Origin: an uncultured Actinomycetes bacterium
GTDB lineage: Bacteria > Actinomycetota > Thermoleophilia > Gaiellales > Gaiellaceae
Direction: 5' to 3'
Length of the DNA: 64,000 bases
NCBI GenBank assembly: GCA_963753295.1
Contig: CAVWBZ010000014.1
Span: 9,127-73,126 of the forward strand
The position numbers and the translations under genes are program-made. The notes beneath the pieces are model-generated. The model searched no databases, was not told the DNA's origin, and saw only the letters and a program-made list of their open reading frames with translations. Shown here piece after piece: positions 50,620-58,550 of the stretch; positions within the stretch are counted from its first letter, which is position 1, and every line of letters starts with the position of its first letter.

Positions 50620-51588
50620 TCAGAGGACCCCCTGCAGCGCGAGGCCGCTGATCCCAACGACTGCCCAGAGCGCGGCGCCGAGCGCGAACGGGCGGAGGCC
50701 CGTGCGCCGCAACTCCGTCGGTCGGGTCGAGAGGCCGATCGACGCGAGGGCGATCGTGATGAGCGTCGTCGCAACGTGCGTGAGGTCGACGTCGGCCCGT
50801 GCGTCGAAGAGGCCGGCGGTGTTGAGCGCCGACGCGAGAACGAAGAGGACGAGGAAAGGCGGCAGGAGCCGCCAGAAGCTCCTGCCGCGCGCGGTGCCAT
50901 GCCTCGCGTGCCGGGCGGCGAGCGCGAGCACAATTGGGATGATCATCGTCGTCCGCGCGAGCTTCGTCACGACGGCGACACTGCCGGCCGCGTGCCCGTA
51001 GGTGTACGCGGCCGCGACAACCGATGACGTGTCGTTTATCGCGGTCCCCGCCCACAGTCCGAAGGCGTGCTGGCCCAACCCGAGCACGTGCCCGAACGTC
51101 GGATAGAGCACGACGGCGACGACGTTGAAGACGAAGATCGTCGAGATCGAGTATGCAATCTCGCTCTCGGTGGCTGCGATGACCCCGGAGACGGCGCTGA
51201 TCGCCGAGGCGCCGCAGATCGCCGTGCCGACGCCGACCAGTGTCTGCATGCGCGGATCGACGTGCAGTGCCCTGCCGACGAGCCAAGCAGCGATGAGGGC
51301 GGCGGCGAGCGTGCCGAGCATCAGCGGTAGCGAGCTGCGGCCGATGCTGATGACCTTGCCGAGGCTGAACGTCGCGCCGAGGACGACGATCGCGGCCTGG
51401 AGTACCGTCCGCGAGCCGAACGCGAGCAGGCGTCGCCCCGCGAGCGGCGGCTCGTAGACGAGCCGGACGAACACTCCGATCAAGAGGGCGAGCGCCGGCG
51501 CCCCGACCGCGGGAAGAACGTGCCCGAGCGCGAACGCGGAGCCGGCGACGGCTGCGATCACCGCCGCGCCGCTCGTAAGCGCTCGCAT
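50620..51588 (-). CDS. YeiH-family (UPF0324) putative sulfate-exporter-like membrane protein
   Basis: 322 aa, polytopic. Pattern (...GVGTAICGASAI...AGTAINDTSSVVAA...) is typical of YeiH. Divergent from a LysR gene, like yeiE-yeiH. Confidence 0.75.
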   Translation of the reverse strand: MRALTSGAAVIAAVAGSAFALGHVLPAVGAPALALLIGVFVRLVYEPPLAGRRLLAFGSRTVLQAAIVVLGATFSLGKVISIGRSSLPLMLGTLAAALIAAWLVGRALHVDPRMQTLVGVGTAICGASAISAVSGVIAATESEIAYSISTIFVFNVVAVVLYPTFGHVLGLGQHAFGLWAGTAINDTSSVVAAAYTYGHAAGSVAVVTKLARTTMIIPIVLALAARHARHGTARGRSFWRLLPPFLVLFVLASALNTAGLFDARADVDLTHVATTLITIALASIGLSTRPTELRRTGLRPFALGAALWAVVGISGLALQGVL

Positions 51589-51691
51589 AGGCGGCCGGAC
51601 GCGGCCAGTACCGATAAGTTCGACGTCCGTTATGGATCAACTCTGTTCGCATTAGTTCATTGGAACAAGAGCAATTCGACATCGATTCATC

Positions 51692-52615
51692 ATGGTTTAC
51701 GATGAATGCTGCGTGGATGAGTACCGACTCAAGGTTTTCGCGGCCGTTGCGGGACGGCTGAGCTTCTCCGATGCCGCGCGGATCCTCCATCTCTCCCAGC
51801 CGGCTGTGAGCCAGCAGGTCGCCGCTCTCGAGGCCGAGCTCGGGGCGAAGCTCTTCGAACGGACGACCCGCAAGGTACGCCTGACCGCCGCCGGGGTCGC
51901 GCTGCTCGCGCGGTCTGACTCGCTCTTCCGCGAGCACGCCGAGGCGCGCCGTGCAGTGGCGGCGGCGGAAGGACGCATCGCGGGCGAGCTGCGGATCGCG
52001 GCGAGCTTGACGATCGGCGCGTACGTCCTTCCGGCGGGGCTCGCTGACCTGGTTTACCACCATCCGGAGCTGCGCCTGCGAGTGACGATAGAGAACACCG
52101 AGCAGGTGATCGACGCACTGCTACGTGGCCGCGTCGATGTCGGTTTCGTCGAGGGCGAGCTGCGCGGCGCGGGCATCGAATTCCAGCGGCTGCGGGACGA
52201 CGAGCTCGTGCTGATCGCGCACCGCGGCCACCGGTTCGCGGCGTTCGACGCCGTCCCCCTAGAGGATCTGCAAGCGGAGTCGTTCGTCCTTCGCGAGGAG
52301 GGGTCGGGGACGCGGGAGGTCGCGGAGACGCATCTGCGAGCGGCGGGCATTGCGCCCGAGTCGCTACGGGTTATCGCAGTGCTGTCTGGGATCGATGCGA
52401 TCAAGGCTGCCGTCGCCGCGGGGCTCGGCGTCTCGATCATCTCCCGGAGCGCCTTACCCAACGGCGATGGCAGCGAGGGTCTCATCGAGCGACCGATCGC
52501 GGGCGTCCGGCTCGTCCGCCAGATGTCGGCCGCGTTCGCGGTGGGCACGCGACCGGTGCCCGCGGCGACGGCCATCGTAGAGCTCCTTCAGCGCGCCGAG
52601 GCGCCGGTGTGCTGA
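51692..52615 (+). CDS. LysR-family transcriptional regulator (YeiE-like by position)
   Basis: 307 aa. HTH FSDAARILHLSQPAVSQQVAALE. The start may be GTG 51713 instead. The AT-rich divergent intergenic region 51589-51691 contains two TTCGAC repeats. Confidence 0.85.
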   Translation: MVYDECCVDEYRLKVFAAVAGRLSFSDAARILHLSQPAVSQQVAALEAELGAKLFERTTRKVRLTAAGVALLARSDSLFREHAEARRAVAAAEGRIAGELRIAASLTIGAYVLPAGLADLVYHHPELRLRVTIENTEQVIDALLRGRVDVGFVEGELRGAGIEFQRLRDDELVLIAHRGHRFAAFDAVPLEDLQAESFVLREEGSGTREVAETHLRAAGIAPESLRVIAVLSGIDAIKAAVAAGLGVSIISRSALPNGDGSEGLIERPIAGVRLVRQMSAAFAVGTRPVPAATAIVELLQRAEAPVC

Positions 52616-52811
52616 TTGTCAGCCGCCCGTCGTTGAGCCCAGAGTCGGCCTAATGCGAGCCGAGATCCACGGTATGTCCGCGGCAAGCCTTCGTCGCTGT
52701 GAATCAGGCAAGCAGAGGTAAGTCTCGATCGCCTCCCGAGGATTGCCCGCAATCGCGCCATGCTCTTAGCCCCCGACGCTGCGACGCCCTGCAACTGAGG
52801 TCGTTGTTGTA

Positions 52812-52852
52812 CCGGGGGAAGGTCGAGACCCTTGGGGGTGTTGGCCGCTAGG
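52812..52852. repeat. 41-nt imperfect direct repeat, copy 1
   Basis: ccgggggaaggtcgagacccttgggggtgttggccgctagg. About 33 of 41 positions match copy 2, which lies 111 nt downstream. In a non-coding, AT-richer leader. Confidence 0.6.
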
Positions 52853-52922
52853 TTCCCGGGGTCTTTCTCGTACGTACAGAATCACGTACGGAATCGGGCT
52901 CGTGCGGAATGGCGGCCTGGCA

Positions 52923-52963
52923 CCCCGGGGGAGGTCGATACGGTCGGGGGTGCCGGCCGCTAG
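52923..52963. repeat. 41-nt imperfect direct repeat, copy 2 (embedded 8-bp-stem hairpin)
   Basis: ccgggggaggtcgatacggtcgggggtgccggccgctagc. Here GGCACCCC (52920-52927) and GGGGTGCC (52946-52953) are perfect inverted repeats. Confidence 0.6.
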
Positions 52964-53240
52964 CGTCGCGGAGAATATTCCGCACTGCCGAAACTAGCCT
53001 GATATTCGGCCATAAAGAAGCCAGACCGTAAAGGCGCCAAGGGACTGCGGGAGAACCGGTGGCCTGCGCTTGGCAGGGTTAGACGGCACGCCCTTCGAGG
53101 CATCAGTCTGGCGAACCACGCGTGTGGCTTGGGCTCGCCTAACCGGCGACGAGTGATGGCTGCAGGGGGAATGATCGCCTGACATAGGCGCGGGGCTTTA
53201 CGGTTGTGCGGGCTTGGTGGCGGGGCGATGTTCAGCTGCG

Positions 53241-54262
53241 ATGGTCGAGCAGGGTGCGTGCGCTGCTTGTCCGCCTGGTCGGTTGTGTCCGCGATGCGCG
53301 GAGCGATGGCGCCGGCAGTACCTATGGCCGGACCGTTCGACGCGGGAGCGGGAGATTTCGCGCGCCCGGCGTGCAGTTGTCTCCGAACTCGAGCGCGATC
53401 TGTTCGGGGTGGACGTGGCGCGGATTGCCGCGGCGTTTGCTGATCTTCGCGATCTGCCGGCCAGCTGCCGGCAGGCGCCGCGGAAGTCGCGACGGTTGGG
53501 GAGACGGGGCCGCCAGGAGCTAGTGCTTCGACCTGCTTCGCCGTACCACCCTCTTCGCCAAGCGAAGCCCTCCGAGCGTTCCGCTCCGAAGAGGGTGTCC
53601 CGGGCCGCACCGCTCTGGTTTCCCGCGCCGGCATCGAGTTGGCCTAACGGGCGCAGTCTTCCTCCGCACGAGCTGTGGGAGTCGGTGCTGCATCCGCTGC
53701 GACGCTGCTCGCGCTGTTCGTGGCTTGGTCGTCCGCATGGGTGGGTCGGCACTGACCCACGGAGTCCTGAGCTGAAGACGCGACGCCGCGATCACCGCCT
53801 CGTTGAGCTGGGGGAGACGCGCGACCCGGCGCTCACCTCGACGCGCTCACAGAAGGGTGTTGAGGCGTTCTTGCCGGCGTACGTCGACTCGAACGTGAAG
53901 AACCACTTCGGCGATCCGTTCGATCACTGGGACGCCTGGAACCGATCCGGCGATCAGTTCGACCAGATCGTGCAGCCGTGTGTCGAGTGCGGTGGCAGCA
54001 GCATCATCGAACAGTTCGACTTCCGGTGGCAGACGGGGCCGCGCCTCCGAAGGCGGCAGCCGGGTTGGCTGTCCGAGGAAGAAGACGAGGGAGACGTCAG
54101 CTACGACTGGGATGGGGGCGAGCTCGAGATGGGCCTCGACTGCGGCAACGTTAGCTCGGGCTCGCCCGAGTTCGACGCTGCTGTGGCGGTGCTGGCGGGC
54201 CAGGAGGCGGACGACGAGGACGAGCAACTTTCCGCGCCGGGGCGTTATTGGTGTGTAGGTGC
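53241..54262 (+). CDS. orphan hypothetical protein; 3' limit uncertain (ORF runs to 54644)
   Basis: High-GC3 frame of ORF 53214..54644. CAACPPGRLCPRC near the N-terminus. The very coding-like stretch QKGVEAFLPAYVDSNVKNHFGDPFDHWDAWNRSGDQFDQIVQPCVECGG...DEDEQLSAPGRYWCVG ends at ~54262, after which the frame looks like junk. Confidence 0.35.
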
Positions 54263-54525
54263 TTTTCGGACGGCGAAGTCGTCGTTGATTCGCTCGGTGG
54301 GGGGCTGGCCGCGCCGCCGCTCCCGCTTCTCCCCGGAAAAGCCCTACGGCGGTTCGAGAAAGAGCTTTTGGAGCGGCCGCCCGAGCAGAGGGCGCTCCTC
54401 GCAGGGGGGCGAATACGTCGCTAAGCCGGGAGCCGGCACTCGTCGTATGTCCTGGCGTCAAGGGGCAAGACTGCCCGCGCGTGCGGCCGGTGCGCGCGAA
54501 TGTCGCTTGGGCCTGTCGCGGCTCG

Positions 54526-55248
54526 ATGCGCTGCGACGACTGTCTCGCCTACGCGCTAACCGGCGTGCACGAAGCGCAGGCGGTGCCGAACCTCCTCCGG
54601 CGGCTCGAACGCGAGCAGTACCTTCGCCTGGCCGTCATCTATGAGGGCCGCCCCGGTCTTGCCCGAGCTGCGCGTGATGTCCAGACGACCGAGAAGACCG
54701 CGGAGAAAGCCGACGTGGTCGCTGAGGCTATCCATCTCCGACGAACCGCACAGGAGCTACTCGTGCTCCTGCTCGCACGGGACGGACAAACCAACCGTGA
54801 GATCTGCGAGATCTTCGCTGGCCGTGTTGGACGACCGATCGCGCTACGGACGGTTGCAACGATCCGCCGGAGCGGCCATATCAACCCGCACTGGCTCGAC
54901 AAGTTCATGAACGTCGCGCGGCTCGCCGACGCCGCGCCTCGGATCGGAATCACGCCCGAGGAAACGATTCGCTTCCTGCGCGGCGACCCCGCCTGGCGAA
55001 CCGACCCCTTCGCCGTCGCCGACCTCCATGTCGCAGTCCGGGACGCCACCGTGCACGCGCTCGGCAACGCCCAGACGATGCGCGACAGCGATGAGCAACT
55101 TTCCGCCCTCAACGCCTATTTGGGTGTAGGAGCACGGAACGCTGCTTACCGAGAGACAACGAAGCCCGAACGGCCCGCACTGATCTTCAGAGGCGCCTCC
55201 GACCGCGAGCTGATCGCGCTCGCAGCGGGCAGCAGACCCGCCGCCTAG
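54526..55248 (+). CDS. orphan hypothetical protein with HTH-like segments (240 aa)
   Basis: ATG 54526 in ORF 54481..55248, high GC3. ...AQELLVLLLARDGQTNREICEIF...LRTVATIRRS resembles a LuxR/sigma-region-4-type HTH. A second HTH-like stretch is RIGITPEETIRFLRG. Confidence 0.5.
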   Translation: MRCDDCLAYALTGVHEAQAVPNLLRRLEREQYLRLAVIYEGRPGLARAARDVQTTEKTAEKADVVAEAIHLRRTAQELLVLLLARDGQTNREICEIFAGRVGRPIALRTVATIRRSGHINPHWLDKFMNVARLADAAPRIGITPEETIRFLRGDPAWRTDPFAVADLHVAVRDATVHALGNAQTMRDSDEQLSALNAYLGVGARNAAYRETTKPERPALIFRGASDRELIALAAGSRPAA

Positions 55249-55405
55249 ACCTACCTGCAGGGCCTCGCTCTCGACATCTCAAAGCGCTCGGCACAGTCCG
55301 GGCCAAGAGAGGATCTGTACATGCCTGTCACGCCAACCGTGTCGACGCGCCTTGACATGCAAGAACGGCCATCGCCCGTGATCTCGTCCGCCTCGGCGAG
55401 GGAGA

Positions 55406-55564
55406 GTGACTCACCTTCCGCCTGAGGCCCGCGACGGCCTTATGCGCGCCTGGCTGTCGATCCTCGCCGAGCGCCACCCCAACACTCACTGGGTTCCAGC
55501 ACCACATCCGATCCCTCTAAGGAAGGTCGACGTCAAAGGCCAGAACCTCGCGGCAGCCGCCTGA
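55406..55564 (+). CDS. 52-aa hypothetical ORF
   Basis: Below the ORF-track cutoff. GTG 55406 after GAGGGAGAG: VTHLPPEARDGLMRAWLSILAERHPNTHWVPAPHPIPLRKVDVKGQNLAAAA. Weak. Confidence 0.25.
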   Translation: MTHLPPEARDGLMRAWLSILAERHPNTHWVPAPHPIPLRKVDVKGQNLAAAA

Positions 55565-55614
55565 TGCGCTGGTGTGGAACGACCGCAAACAAAGGCGAAA
55601 GACGAGGAGGCGAA

Positions 55615-55957
55615 ATGAAAGACTCCGAGCTTGACCTTCACAGAGCCGAAGTCGGCTACGTCAACGGCTCACTCTGCGCTCATCCGGATGGGGCGTACAC
55701 GCTTGCCCGCGGCTACTACTGGCTTGACCCGGATGGCATTTCAGCCCGCCATCTACGACTTCGATTTCCGCAGCCAGCACCCCGAAATCGACGACGAGGA
55801 CTGGTCGGAGCTCTTCTGCGCCGCCATCAAACGGCGTGAACACGCCTTCCTGCTCTCCCTAAACAAGAATCACCCGGAGCTGTTCGAATACGTGCCACCC
55901 GGCGCCGCCCCCCGGCCGGAGCTTGCCGGCCCAACCGATGACAGCCTTCCATTCTGA
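55615..55957 (+). pseudogene. frameshifted orphan gene (~113 aa if repaired)
   Basis: Strong GAGGAGG RBS before ATG 55615 (MKDSELDLHRAEVGYVNGSLCAHPDGAYTLARGYYWLDPDG). Sense continues in the frame of ORF 55631..55957 (AFQPAIYDFDFRSQHPEIDDEDWSELFCAAIKRREHAFLL...). The frame change is near 55.74 kb. Confidence 0.4.
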
Positions 55958-56030
55958 CCACCACAAGGACGAGCTCGACAGCCAATCCTCGTCGCAGCGA
56001 CCGCTGCGCCCTCCCACGTAGAGTCCTGCC

Positions 56031-56425
56031 ATGACCCGATACCTCCACACCATGCTCCGCATCACAGACCCCGAGAAAACGCGTGCCTTCTACGAGGCAC
56101 TCGGGCTCGAGTTCCGGCAGGGAGATGGACATCCTCCGCAATGGTGAACTCGAAGCGACGAACCACTTCTTCGGCGTGCCCGGTGAGGACGAGGAACTCG
56201 AGTTCACGCTCAACCACGACGGCCGCACGTACGAGCTCGGCACCGCCTACGGGCATGTCGCCTTCGCGGTCGACGACCTGGACGAGACGCTCGAGCAGCT
56301 GCAGGCAGCAGGGAATCGAGCCGGAACGCGAGCCGTACCGCGTCCGCGAGGGCGGCTCGCTTCTTTGCTTCGTCAACGATCCGGACGGCTACCGGATCGA
56401 GCTGATCGACCGCAGCGGGAAGTAG
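56031..56425 (+). pseudogene. gloA: lactoylglutathione lyase (glyoxalase I), second copy, two frameshifts
   Basis: Full-length GloA-like reading (MTRYLHTMLRITD...FVNDPDGYRIELIDRSGK*) requires frames 0, 1 and 2 in turn. Compared with copy 1, the shifts look like single extra A residues near 56119 and 56314-56315. Confidence 0.75.
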
Positions 56426-56437
56426 CTCCGCCGGCAG

Positions 56438-57100
56438 CTAGTGCTCGTCGAGCGCACCGGTGTCGATCGCGTAGCGGACGAGCTCGGCGCGCGTCGTGAG
56501 GTCGAGCTTCCGCATGATGTGCGCCCGGTGCGTCTCGGCGGTGCGGACCGAGATGTACAGCATCTCCGCGATCTCCTGGTTCGTGTTCCCGAGAGCGAGC
56601 AGGCGCAGCACCTCGCGTTCTCGTTCCGAAAGCGGTGCGGGGTCTTTCGCCGCGGCCGCGGCGGCACCGGACGCGAGCTGCGCGCCGAGAGTTGGGTGGA
56701 CGTAGCGCCTCCCGGCGGCGACCTCTCGCACGGCCATGGCGAGGTCGGCGTCCGCGACGTCTTTGGGCAGGTAGCCGCTCGCGCCTCTCGCGAATGCCTC
56801 GCGGATGTAGCTCGCGTCATCCTCCATCGAGAGGACGAGGATCTTGGCGTTCGGCGCCGCCGCGCGGATCTTCGGCATCGCCTCGAGACCGCCGATCCCG
56901 GGCATGACCAGATCGAGGAGCACGAGGTCGGGCTTCTCCAACCGCGACATCCGCACCACCTCCGCGGCGCTCCCGGCCTCCTCGACCACCTCGATGTCGG
57001 CCTCGGCTTCGAGCAGGAGGCGCAGCCCCGACCGCACGAGGCCGTGGTCGTCGCAGATGAGGACGCGTATCTCAGGCGGGCTGTGGCTCTGCGCTTCCAA
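56438..57100 (-). CDS. NarL/FixJ-family response regulator (REC + LuxR HTH)
   Basis: IRVLICDDH, phospho-acceptor LVLLDLVMPG, LVLS, GYLPK. C-terminal LSEREREVLRLLALGNTNQEIAEMLYISVRTAETH. TTG 57100 is the only nearby in-frame start. Confidence 0.85.
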   Translation of the reverse strand: MEAQSHSPPEIRVLICDDHGLVRSGLRLLLEAEADIEVVEEAGSAAEVVRMSRLEKPDLVLLDLVMPGIGGLEAMPKIRAAAPNAKILVLSMEDDASYIREAFARGASGYLPKDVADADLAMAVREVAAGRRYVHPTLGAQLASGAAAAAAKDPAPLSEREREVLRLLALGNTNQEIAEMLYISVRTAETHRAHIMRKLDLTTRAELVRYAIDTGALDEH

Positions 57101-57749
57101 GGAAACCGTTTCGAAGGGCGTAGCGGACGAGGTCGGAACGGGTCGAGATCCCGAGCTTCCGCATGATGTGGGCTCGGTGGGTCTCGGTGGTGCGGACGGA
57201 GATGGACAGCATCTCCGAGACCTCGCGGTTCGTGTGCCCGAGCGCGAGCAGCCGGGCGACTTCGTGCTCGCGCTCGGAGAGCGGGTCTTCTGCGGCACGC
57301 GCGGCAGCGCTCGCGGCGGTGCAGGCGAGGCGGGCGCCGAGTAGCGGGTGGAGGTATGCGCGGCCCGCGACCGCCTCGTGGATGGCCGTCACGAGGTCGG
57401 TGGCGACGGCCTCCTTCAGGAGATAGCCGCTCGCTCCGGCGGCGAATGCATCGCGGACATGGCGCTGATCGTCGCGCGTCGAGAGCACGAGGACTGCAGC
57501 TCGCGGCGCGGCCCGCTTGAGTGCCCGCACGCCGTCGAAGCCGCCGACCTCCGGCATCACGACATCGAGCACGACGACGTCGGGCTTGTGCACGCCCGTC
57601 ATGCGCACGCCTTCCTCCGCGCCCAGCGCTACGCCGTCGACCGAGATGTCGTCTTTCGTACCGAGGAGCAAGCGCAGAGCCGAGCCGACGAGCGCGTGGT
57701 CGTCGACGATCACCACGTGAAGCACAGACACGGCCGGACTCTCCACCAT
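57072..57749 (-). CDS. NarL/FixJ-family response regulator (REC + LuxR HTH)
   Basis: 225 aa. VVIVDDH, VVVLDVVMPE, LVLST, GYLLK. LSEREHEVARLLALGHTNREVSEMLSISVRTTETH. Confidence 0.85.
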   Translation of the reverse strand: MVESPAVSVLHVVIVDDHALVGSALRLLLGTKDDISVDGVALGAEEGVRMTGVHKPDVVVLDVVMPEVGGFDGVRALKRAAPRAAVLVLSTRDDQRHVRDAFAAGASGYLLKEAVATDLVTAIHEAVAGRAYLHPLLGARLACTAASAAARAAEDPLSEREHEVARLLALGHTNREVSEMLSISVRTTETHRAHIMRKLGISTRSDLVRYALRNGFLGSAEPQPA

Positions 57750-57764
57750 GGTCGCCTCGAGAGC

Positions 57765-57938
57765 TCAGCCCCCGCCGCGGGCGCATCTGCGGCAGACCGA
57801 CCGCTCGATCAGGCGGCCGCACGCCGGACATCTCCGGCGCGCCTTCCGAGATTCGAGCAGCCCTCGGCCGACCCCGACGCGGACCATCACCGCGCCTACG
57901 CTCATCGCCACGACGGCTAGGCCCACGGGCTCGCTCAT
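57765..57938 (-). CDS. 57-aa predicted membrane-anchored zinc-ribbon protein (hypothetical)
   Basis: The tail of artifact ORF 57765..59030 from ATG 57938: MSEPVGLAVVAMSVGAVMVRVGVG...RRCPACGRLIERSVCRRCARGGG. It lies 15 nt upstream of the response-regulator pair on the same strand. Confidence 0.35.
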   Translation of the reverse strand: MSEPVGLAVVAMSVGAVMVRVGVGRGLLESRKARRRCPACGRLIERSVCRRCARGGG

Positions 57939-58159
57939 GCGGCTCGCCCGCTCGCGCCTGCACGGGACGCCGAGGCGCCGGGAACGACAACGCGAATCTC
58001 CACCATCGGGTCCTCCGCGGGTTGAGCTTCGACGCTGACCGCGACGCTTGCGGTAGCTGCAAAACTGCTCCGACCCACGCTGTTTGCGGGCCGACTCCGC
58101 GACGCCGATGGCTGTGGCGCGCTGCCGGGAACGTACCACAGCGCCTTCCGCGTCGACAC

Positions 58160-58189
58160 TTGCGACGCAAGGCAAAACACCGCTATCAT
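58160..58189 (+). promoter_or_regulatory. sigma-70-like promoter candidate for the PadR operon (possibly leaderless)
   Basis: TTGCGA (58160-58165), an 18-nt spacer, TATCAT (58184-58189). The second ATG (58197) sits ~7 nt past the -10 box, where a transcription start would be expected. Confidence 0.35.
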
Positions 58190-58550
58190 GCTGCGCATGG
58201 CAGTTGGCGACAGCCGTCACACCCAGTTCCTCCGGGGAGTGCTCGACCTGTGCCTCCTGGCCGTGATGGAGGACGGGCCCGCGTACGGCTACGAGATGAC
58301 GAAGCGGCTGCGCGATCGCGGCCTCTCGATCGTCGGTGAGGGGTCGATCTACCCGCTGCTCGGCCGGCTGGAGCGCGAGGGCCTCGTCGAGACGTATCGC
58401 GCCGCCAGCAACGGCGGCCCGCCGCGGAAGTACTACCGCGCGTCGCCGGACGGGCGGCGCGCGCTCACTGTCGGAGTGTCCGAGTGGCGCGCGACGCGCG
58501 ACGCCGTCGACGCCGTGCTCGGCCTCGTCGAGACGGAGGCAGCCGCATGA
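58188..58550 (+). CDS. PadR-family transcriptional regulator
   Basis: 120 aa. LDLCLLAVMEDGPAYGYEM...GSIYPLLGRLEREGLV...RKYY signature. The start may be ATG 58197. Confidence 0.85.
   Translation: MLRMAVGDSRHTQFLRGVLDLCLLAVMEDGPAYGYEMTKRLRDRGLSIVGEGSIYPLLGRLEREGLVETYRAASNGGPPRKYYRASPDGRRALTVGVSEWRATRDAVDAVLGLVETEAAA

Noticed and set aside
52800-53200. tmRNA, RNase P or SRP RNA in the non-coding leader of island 2 (GGGGGAAGGTCGAGAC superficially recalls a tmRNA 5' end).
   Set aside because: There is no tRNA-like 3' end (TTCGA loop plus ACCA context) and no tag ORF. The RNase P P4 (GAGGAAAGTCC) and SRP (GGAAGCAGCC) core motifs are also absent.
53847-54461. 204-aa minus-strand ORF as the real gene of this stretch.
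   Set aside because: The overlapping plus-strand frame has much stronger GC3 bias and a far more protein-like composition (W/F/N/D/Q-rich, not R/A/P-rich).
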